From Pecten maximus (lineage: Eukaryota): a stretch of 64,000 nucleotides of DNA. The stretch is from NCBI RefSeq assembly GCF_902652985.1, contig NC_047022.1, positions 22,754,001 through 22,818,000 on the forward strand, given 5' to 3'. Below, one piece after another: positions 54,191 to 64,000 of the stretch (the stretch's first letter is position 1; each line of letters begins with the position of its first letter). A program made the translations under genes and the position numbers. Under the pieces are notes generated by a model. It did no database searches and was not told the DNA's origin. It saw only the letters and a list, made by a program, of their open reading frames with translations.

Positions 54191-55562
54191 ATGACCTGCT
54201 TGTCCCTTTGCTATTTTACATAATCATAATGTAGATACAAATAAAATATTTAAATATTCCATTTTCTTGTTTGTATATGTTTATTTTTATCGAACATAGA
54301 TGAATCTTTATTTCCGTATGTTCGAGTACAACAAATTAAAAATACAGTGAAACGTATCATGAACAACTTGATAATTCGATGTCCCTGTGTAATTTAGCTC
54401 CTAGTACAATAGGCGAGGATTGCTCTAGAGTGTTCTCTGACGTTTTTTATTGACGGTAATTCCATTTCCATCTTAACTTCCATCTCAATGTCGCTACTTA
54501 TCTGACTTGGAGAAGTTGAAATTATTAGGGAAGATCCTTTTTCGATGGGAGACGAAAAAAACGCATTGTCATTCTTTGACCTCTTCCTCGCGAGCGATTT
54601 AACATTGGTGTTGACTTGTTCAGTTTCTTTGGACCAGGATATTGTGGGCGAGGATAGTGATGGACAATCATGTAAAGCCAGGAAGTAAATGCTTTGTTTT
54701 CTTTTAAAAATAAAAAGTGTCGTTTTGTTAGTTGTAATTCATAAGTACCCCTGCTTCAACGGATTCAAAAGAAAATCCACCGGCTCACCATCCAGTCAGT
54801 TCCCTTTTTCAACTTACCCCTTCTGCATAATCTATTCGCAATTTTGAGTATTGTGTTATGATAACTGCCAGGACTAATATTACATAAAATGGTCAAGTCT
54901 ATTCTGCCAAACTTTGGTTAGTAAATAAGCATAAAGAATGGCAAGATATAACTTTAAGAAAGAGAAAATGAAGTTGCGACGAAAATATCTCAATTATTGA
55001 ATATATCTATTTAGAAACTTTTATTAGAAAATAGTTCTGTCTTCACTTCAAAATTAACCGCGAACGCCCCTTTTGTCAATTGATATGCATTCTATGACAA
55101 TACTTAACCGTAAGCATTTGTGGAGGAGAACATTAGAGAGTAATCTGGGTTTTATAACGCCCCCTTAAATCCTGACCGGTAAGAACACCTCAGTCTTATG
55201 TCTCTTGTTTGGATAAGTTAGATATATAGTAACAAGATTAACGAGTTTAAAAGGATACTGGATCATATTATTGAAATAAGATTCCCTACATTGTTTAGCT
55301 TTGGTGCGTTACATTGCGTATCTAACATGGCATTGTGGCATTGTTTTACTGTGCAAAGTTAAACGTGAATGTGTCGGGATTAATTGGTGTGGCAGTTTGT
55401 ATCAAGCTGAATAGCTTATTGCAACTGTAGTCCCTTCTCTGTTATGGGGTATCAATTAATTTATTCGGATAATGGCTACATAGGCTCATCAGCTTGATTT
55501 GTTGTGAAGAAATTTTCTAATCAATTGATCAATAGACCAGGCTTTTGAGACCAAAGAAATGA

Positions 55563-55604
55563 GACCAGACCAGACCAGACAAGACCAGACCAGACCAGAC
55601 CAGA
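55563..55604. repeat. (GACCA)n microsatellite, length varies across units (also ~33647-33670, ~44991-45033)
   Basis: Direct reading. Confidence 0.85.
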
Positions 55605-58600
55605 CTATGTTTTAAAGTATGTTTTAAAGTATGCCTTTAAATGTCTGTTAAAAGCAGACTTTTTCATGATACAGTATATGCTAATATAGATGTTTAGTCC
55701 TTCTGGGACTCTTTAGTTAATATCAAGTTGCAATCCAGATGGCGAATCAGGAAAATCAAAATCGGCCGAAAAAATCTTTAGAATATAGCAGAGTAAATGT
55801 ATTAACTTGGCAAGTTAATCAATGGCATATTTATCGATATTTATAAAGGAACATGTTTGGCTATTCTGAAGAAAGAAAATACACAAGGAATCATTTTTAT
55901 TTTTAACAGATGTATTTGATATTCATTAAAGTTCTTTTCAGAACAGTAATTCATCAAAATCACGGATTTACAAACATCATGCATGGGGTTCCTGGGTTTC
56001 GGGATTCAACAGATGCATGTTTCTCTCATATCTCGCCATGTTGGATAGAGTTTGCCCATGTAAGAAAGCTATGTAAGATAAATCTATCTTTCATAGCATT
56101 TCACGCGCGCGGAGTAATCTGCGTTCAAGGGGGACAACTCTTACATCGTCTACATACGACAGTCCTTAGATTGATTATATCGTCGGTGTCGGTTTTGAAA
56201 CGTTGGATTTAACTATAATAATACATACATTCTGAGATAGATATATATCATATCAGCAATAAACCAATATGGCTATACGGTTAAATGATTAGACATTTTA
56301 TCTGAGTGAAAATATAACTCTGTAGACTAGGCATACGGGCCTATTGTAACAGTTACAGTACTGTACAGTACAGACTAATCCGAAGGGTTCTGATGTTAAT
56401 ATCGCCTTACAAGCTGCCTTGTCGCTACGTAGTAAGATCGTCAGAAAATTCGGCTAAGTACAGACTGGCCTACCCTACAGGTTTGTCATTTGTCACTTAA
56501 AACATGCAAACACACACAATCACCTGGCAATGATAGGAAGCTGAATAAAAGCCATAAATAAAAATAAAGTTGATAAAAAAAAAAAAATGTCGAATATCAC
56601 AACCGATGAAATGGTTCCGTTTGCGTCAGCACAGGGACCTTGAATTTGTTCACTCTAGGCCTACTCAGTAATTATCCTGCGTATTTGGAAATTGGAAATT
56701 GGCTCTTAAATGAACGAACCTTCGGTAAAAATGACACCGCTCGATGTTTATATAAAGAAATATTTATTTTAATTGTAACACAGAGTCTATATTTGTGTAG
56801 AGTAACCAGGAAAACTAACTGTCATCCTAACTTTTTAATATGATCATCGTTATCGACGGACCTAAATTCGTCATTTTATCAAGAAAACCGGTTAAACACA
56901 TATAATCCTATGTCACAGAAAAGATTGAATACTCGTATCGAGTCACTGTTCGCTGGTTCACACATGAAGTTGCCAAAATCACCGTGAATTTAAAATTACC
57001 ACCCACGAAACATCGCCGCGTCATGGCGATCGAGATCGACATCACTCTCAATAGCCTTGAACTATGAATGGAATTCCAATGGCAGTCGTGACGTCATGCA
57101 GTGACGTAGTATTTTATGAAAAATGTGACTTGGCAATAACAAGTACAGTGTGTTCCGTGAAATGATCAAATATGTCGAGGTGCAAATCAAATCATATGTA
57201 AAATTGGAAAACTCATTTCAGCGTTGGATTTGATATTGAATAATTTTTAAACAACAGCAAATACGTGAAAAAATCTTAAATGTTGTCGCTAATACAATTA
57301 CACATAAGGTTCGACTGTCACCACATAAACATGCCATGTCATATTACGTGTGTTTCTTAATCTAGGCTTTGGATAATCCATAAATAGGCTAATTTTAAGA
57401 GGGAGGTTTGACAGAGATCGCAGGCTTTCAAATGAGTACAGCAAGCAGGAGCCAGCAAGAGAACAATACAAACATTCTATTCTATATTATCTCACTTTGA
57501 TGAAAAGTTATCTTACAGTGCTGTGAGTTTTCTATTTGTATACATACTAAATTTTTCCATAAACAATATTCCTACTAGGAGAAAAGTTCTTTGTTTGGAA
57601 ATATATAATTATGTATATATTTTTATAAGCTTCTGTTTTTCTTTCTTCAAAGGGGAAAGAACAAAAACATCCTGAGGGGATACTGTCCTTTATTGATAGG
57701 AAAATAAGTCAAGATTGACATCTGAAGCTATAATACACACTACCTATAGGAATCTGGACTTGTTAATCAATATCATACTTCTACGCCAGAGACACTCTGT
57801 GAATTCGAGACCGGTAACAATTTGTTTTTATTGAACATACCGAGCTGTATTCGACTGGTTTTCTACATCCACTTAATTGACCTTAAAACTGCAAAATCTA
57901 CATGATGTCCAAATTTAAATAGCATAATTTTGTACAAGGGTATTCGAATTAAAAACTGTGAAACGTTTCTAATCACATATTTCCATTTGATCTGCATCAT
58001 CACTCTATAACCTTACCAAACACAAAACGGATCAGATGATAATTCTCACATAATTCCCTTTGGTGTAGCGATATGACGTCGTTTTTTTCTAACGTCACTG
58101 TATTGGGTGTTTTTTTTACCCCAAGGAAAGAAACCGATTAATTAACGTAACTCACAACAAAAGTGAACACCATCACAGTGGAATATATTGATTGAAATGT
58201 GGAAAACAAATGTATTATTTTGTATTTCCACAAACTATATGTTTTGCCGCGAACGGTCGCGCTACGTCAAACAGCGCGAAATTGACTTTGGACACAACGC
58301 GAAATTGACATCGGAATGCGCAAAACTGTTACAGGTTGAACATAAGAAAAATGTTTAACGGAAATATATGTATTAAACTGCCGTCTTTACCAGGCTATCG
58401 TTCTATAATTCACACAGGATTGCAGACCAATCAATCACACAAGCTTTACTAATTTGTCTGCAGTCCTGTGATAATTATGGGACAATGACTCTCCAAGGCA
58501 GTTAAATGCTTAGATATTCCCAACTGGTTCTACTTAAAATGTGAGAATACAAATGTAGGTATTAATTAGCAAATGAAATAACAAACTAAACAAACAAACA

Positions 58601-58733
58601 AATTGATGAGAACCACATCTGCATTGTTATTTTTTTTTATATTTCAAACATATCTCATTATCAAAATAAAATGATGAAGTGGGAATTAAAAAGTTATTAC
58701 AACTTATGAAACGCCCTCTCCCGACATAAATTA

Positions 58734-59171
58734 AACAAGTGCGATCAATGATTGCGAAAGTTCACCCGCGGTAGCAATCACACTATGCATTCATTTTTTA
58801 TGTATGTATAAGCATGTCATTTTGAAATTGTACATCGCATAATATCGCTTCTAGACCTCTAATGGATTATAAACCAAATAAGAAGGGTGTGGCTTTCCAA
58901 ATTTACCCCCAAAATCTTTAAAGAGGGTTTTTGTGAAAACAATTAAGTCAACTAAGTGGTAAAATGCCAAAAAAATCACAATTTTTTTTCTGCATGATTT
59001 TGCTATAACATTTCTTCTAGACTTCTAATATGTATAAATGTATAAACCAAATTAGAAGGGTGTGATGTGTATACTTTTTGACTTAGAGCTTTCCAAAAAC
59101 TGAAACCAAAAACTTTAAAGTGGGACGCCGACGCGTTAGCTCACGGTTACTCGTAACCGGTGAGCTAATAA
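58734..59171 (-). mobile_element. Helentron/HINE-like element, longer copy of 38369-38683
   Basis: Same termini and insertion site as the unit-1 copy, with an extra internal repeat. Confidence 0.65.
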
Positions 59172-61514
59172 AACAAATACATCATACAATGAACCTAGAC
59201 GTAAGCATGTATATTTGGCATATTGGCCGGTACTGATTCGTCACAGAGCGGTATAAACAATATGTCTTGGGTAACGTTTGAAGTGAACTAAAAATTTATG
59301 TCTATATCATCGTTACGAGATGAACGTTCACTTATATTTAAATGCTTTGTTAACATTGCTACTGAATGCATACATGGATTTTTGGTTTCAATGCCATTCT
59401 TTATAACTGACAAATTTACATATGTGATCTAAATAGATTCAAAATATCAAAATGGAATAACATGGAGTTTAATTGCGCGAATTCAATGACATTTAAAACC
59501 ACAGGACGATGTTTAGGTCACTAAGATCTTAATATGATTATATGGAATTTTGAATCAGAAAAGAAAATTTTAAAATTATTTGTAACATTTTGATTTAGAA
59601 TTTTTGTAACACCGACTAGCCATAACACGTCTTATAATGAGAGAAAACGATTTTTAACATCACCGGAGGCGACTGAAAGCAGGTGTTTTCTTCACGCCAG
59701 CTGTTTAGAGGGCCTTGATTAGACCAATGTTGATGTGCTGACCAATAGCAACTTTATTTGACACCAATGTTCTTTATATAATAGAGTTAAATACAGAAAT
59801 ATACTGTACACGTGAATGCATTGGTAGTTTGTAAATACAAAAATAAGACAATGGTAGCGCTAATCCTTCTGGTGTACCTGGGACGTCAGGTCTTATAATC
59901 CTTGAAAGTTCACAACGGTGTCAATGAAAACAACAGAGAATACCAACATAATAACGAAACCGTAACTCTGACTCAGAATCGATAAAACGGGGACAAAATA
60001 CTAACAAACATACATAGAATTATATTGAGGAGATTGGAATTGTACAAAAGTAACGACAATGTGTTCCGTTAAGGTAGGCGTCTTCAGCTTCATCGAAAAC
60101 AACCTCCATACGTCCGGGTAAAGCGACATTCTCAAAATGAGAACTAGGGAACAACGGTTGTTCATATTTTGTCCCTCGTTTTATTTCGAGTTAAAATGAC
60201 AGATCTGTTCTCATGTCATTATTCCCTTCTTGTGTCTGTATATATAACAAGTATACAGATTTGTATTATACATAAACATATTTGATTTATCGTGTTTAAG
60301 AGTTTTATAACATCTATAATATTACGCCAAGTATTATTTTTTTATTTTAATCTATTAATATAAAATGAGTATTTATTCATTTGCTATATGTGTATCCTTT
60401 CGATGATTATTTTAAGTAAATTTACCTTTTTGTAATCTATGTGTGATATTACGCAAGTGGGTGTAATTAGGAGTAAATATTAACTATTGTTTTATATAAA
60501 TACTAATTCCTGAAAAAACACAATTAAACAATTTTGATATACTAGTTGAAACATTGCCCAAATGTGATGATAGTAGTAGATACAGGAATCGAGTTTGATG
60601 TTATTCATTTTTAATAACCTGGCATAAATTTGGAATATAGCGCTAGGCTAAAGTAAAGTATGATTATATACATAATTGTAGAAATGTTAATATAAATAGG
60701 GATGATTGATTATATTTCATTTCAGTAAAGTATGATCATATTGTGTTTTATGTATCATTTGATGTTTTTAAATTGATCATAAACAGATAATAAAATAGTT
60801 ACACAATTTTCTTTGCAAATTAAAATTGTATGTAAAATAACTCATTGTTATTAAATATTGTGATGATTGGAAGCATTTCAATATACATGGTGAAATGATA
60901 TAAACGTATTTTTTTTTATTTGACTAAACATTCTAGCAACAGCCAAGGTTATATGTGGACGGTTGCCATGGAGCTAACAACTGATGAAACCAAATTACAA
61001 GAATTGAGAATGCCTGAAAGAAATGATAGATAGAGGCTCTAAAATTGATAATGTATCGTAATGCAGAATGAGTGGTATTTGAAAACAATAAAATATACAG
61101 TTATTCTCTATTAAGATTTTTTGCGTTGTTATTTTGAAGTTCATACAGTTTAATTAAGCGATATCACATTTTTGTTACCACTTTTTTGTAAAAATGAATT
61201 AAGCTAAGTATGAAAATATTTTAAACGGTTTCAAATTAAGTTGTGCATTTAGTTTTAATAATAGTACGAATAATCATATCAATATAAGTAGGACGTAAGA
61301 AATGGACATTAATCTTCAAAAAGAGGTTACAATAGACACAGCAGAGACATTAATGGGTTTAACGATCGTCTTGTACATGTGACTGCTGTTAGATAAAAGT
61401 TAAAACTATATCATTTATAGAAACTGTGACTATTAAGTGCTCAATACAGGGAAATGTGGGTGTTTTACAGATGTGCATGATCTGACCTTGCTATTTCAAT
61501 GACCCTGCATTTGC

Positions 61515-61618
61515 AGACTTCCGTCTAAATTTGTATAAATAGAAGTTGTATCCATTCATTCATCGCACCACGTCTCCAGTTTCTCACCAATCGTCTTCTC
61601 GTCCAGTCCAACAAGCCG
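61515..61618 (+). promoter_or_regulatory. Gene F core promoter and non-coding exon 1
   Basis: AGACTTCCGT-CTAAATT-TGTATAAATAG; donor CCG|GTAAGC at 61618/61619. Confidence 0.8.
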
Positions 61619-62389
61619 GTAAGCGTATATAGATTGTTTCACTTTAAGGTACTGTAAAATCTAAAAATGAAAATATATAAATTATGAAATAATATAGGTG
61701 TAAATCTATTTGCTGTAAGGTATTAAAGGTATTTTATCATTTCTCATAGAGAACATCTTAAGAATCCATCTTTGTCTTTTAACTAGGATCTATAAGGATA
61801 TGTCCATGCGAACATCTTTCTGGGTTGATGATTCTAGTTGGTTTTGATCTTCTGGAACCATATTCTGAGTTTAAAGTGACTTCATTTCTCCTTTTTTTGT
61901 ATTTGGGAAACATATGTTAAAGAAAACTGTTTACGTCCATATCTTATAGAATATGAATTGAAGTGGAATTCTCACTTGACCTATGATTTACACTTCAGTG
62001 TCTTTGGCTTTAATTGTCATCTACCCAGGTAAACTCCATGGGCGATATAAATGATACTTAGATATTAATTTTGCAAGATTCTCAATGCAAATATACTTTG
62101 CCCTCATGTAATTGAGTTTAATCAGAATAACATTCCGTTTTAATGTTTGTAATTTTCTTTTGATTAAATGCTTTGTACTTGGTTTGGATGAAATATTATA
62201 TTACTTTTATATCATACTTACTCGATGTATTTGATATCTGAATAATGACATAAATTGCTGGTCTACGTGCCAAAGTTTGGAGAAGCTTTTCTTAATTTGT
62301 CATGGATATCGCAGTCATAATCAGCTTTTAAAACACTTTTTATTGATGATTTTATATACATGTTCTCTGTTGCAGAATAAAATCCCAGA

Positions 62390-63845
62390 ATGAACACCTA
62401 CATCTCTGTGTGTCTGGCTTCATGCCTTTTGGTGGCCGTGAGCGCTGCAGGTAAAATACTGAAACCTTTCCTAAAATAAAGATTTTATTTCATTTGTAAC
62501 ACACGTTTAATGACCTAATGAACATAATCTTGTATGTATTTACTCGTATTGACTTCATATTTCTGATTATGCAACTGTAAAATATTAACACTGATGCATG
62601 ATTGCAACTTTGTCCTTGAATATAACGATTCAAATGTTTAAGGACACCATTACCTGACCGATGAGCGAAATTTTCTTTTTCTTTTCTACCTTTATTAATG
62701 AGAAAATCTGATGTCATTTACTTAAAACACAATTTATCGTTTTAGTTTGAAGGTTTGTTCGAAATTAATATATATCTGGAAATATCAGGATATTTCCGAT
62801 CAGTAAATCATTCTGGACATTCTCAATATTCCCATGGCGATGGTATCCCATACTTGATGTACATGACATATTCAATTAAAGAATAACCTTAGTTAAGGAA
62901 CTTTTGTTAAACTCTGTAAAGAATATCGAAATTATATAAACATATCTTATATATCAATTTTAACTGAAATTTTATTACCAACGTGTCACTCAATACCTGT
63001 ATAACTGATAGGTTATGGAAGTGGATCCGGAAACGGATTTGGTAATGGCGGCGGAAATGGATATGGAAACGGTTACGGAAATGGCAATGGCGCCGGAAAT
63101 GGTGGATCTGGATTTGGACGTGAGTACTGTATAGTTACTATAATTAATTCCGAAAGTGTATTTTAGTGGGCGTTTCAACGAATACTATCGGTACACAAGG
63201 TTTCATCCTCCTGATACTTTCTATGGAATTTTAAATATATTCTTTATTTATAATTTGTCCTCGCTTTACTGATTTAGAGTTTGATGTTAAATCTATCGGT
63301 TTTTGATTATGTATATTAAAAATATTTCTCTTGCTGTTTTATTTTAGGGTATAGAAGAGCAGGAGGAGGTGGGTACTAAAACTTCTCCATACTGATTGAT
63401 TTCTTTTGTCAATAGAAATGTTTTTCTTTATTTCGGATTAAACAACATATAAATAAGATTTATATTAATCAACTATATTCCGGTAGAAACGTGTAATTCG
63501 AAATAATCTATATCTTGATTTTCAATATAAAATGACTTGTTTGGTATATCAATTCTGAAATATGTTTTAACCTAGGATACGAAGGTGGTGCAGGAAGTAT
63601 GGGCGGAGGTTTTAGTGGCTCAGGAATGGGAGGCAAAGGTGGATTTGGAGGCATGAACGGAGGTGGATTCGGAGGAATGAACGGAGGCGGATTCGGAGGA
63701 ATGAACGGCGGTGGAATGGGAGGCAAAGGTGGATTCGGAGGCATGAACGGAGGTGGATTTGGAGGCATGAACGGAGGTGGATTTGGAGGAATGAACGGAG
63801 GTGGATTTGGAGGAATGAACGGAGGTGGAATGGGAGGTGGAAAAG
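62390..63845 (+). CDS. Gene F: pro-abductin-like precursor, 3'-partial (last exon expected beyond the window)
   Basis: Exons 62390-62450 (MNTYISVCLASCLLVAVSAA), 63012-63119 (Gly-Asn peptide), 63348-63368 (RYRRAGG microexon), 63576-63845 (GYEGGAGSMGGGFSG...GGK); introns do not align with those of C-E. Confidence 0.87.
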
Positions 63846-64000
63846 GTAATAACATAATTATTCATTATGGAATCCGTATTAACGTCTCCGCCGATGCTAA
63901 GAAATGAAAAGAATTTCGTTTTAATTATACATATTATGATATCTAATGATATTATTATATATAATATGTCATGATAAATTGTGTTATTGTATATTCAAGA

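Larger units (their letters stand above)
50958..61350 (+). repeat. Tandem segmental duplication unit 3 (10.4 kb, contains gene E); homology continues to ~61610
   Basis: Colinear with units 1 and 2; lacks unit-1 ~35118-36833 (junction ~57230). Confidence 0.92.

Overview
AT-rich animal (eukaryotic) genomic DNA, most likely from a scallop (Pectinidae); no prokaryotic genes or CRISPR arrays. The window holds a cluster of six intron-containing genes for secreted Gly/Met-rich abductin-family proteins (abductin is the rubber-like protein of the scallop inner hinge ligament). I rebuilt them by hand from GT/AG sites because the ORF track shows only fragments. Gene A (minus, 9539-12101) is a divergent Met/Pro/Lys-rich paralog. 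Gene B (minus, 23114-24601) is canonical abductin. Genes C, D, E (plus) sit in three ~10-11 kb tandem duplications, and gene F (plus) runs off the window end. Five of the six carry two extra phase-1 exons that B lacks: a Gly-Asn-rich peptide exon and a 12-21 nt microexon that completes a furin-type R-Y-[K/R]-R site. This predicts a two-peptide pro-abductin precursor. All six promoters share AGAYTTCCGT-N7-TGTATAWA at fixed spacing. D and E appear to be chimeras from unequal crossover between C and F. The rest is minisatellites, a decayed L1/Tx1-type LINE, CR1 fragments, SINEs, Helentron-like non-autonomous elements and foldback MITEs.
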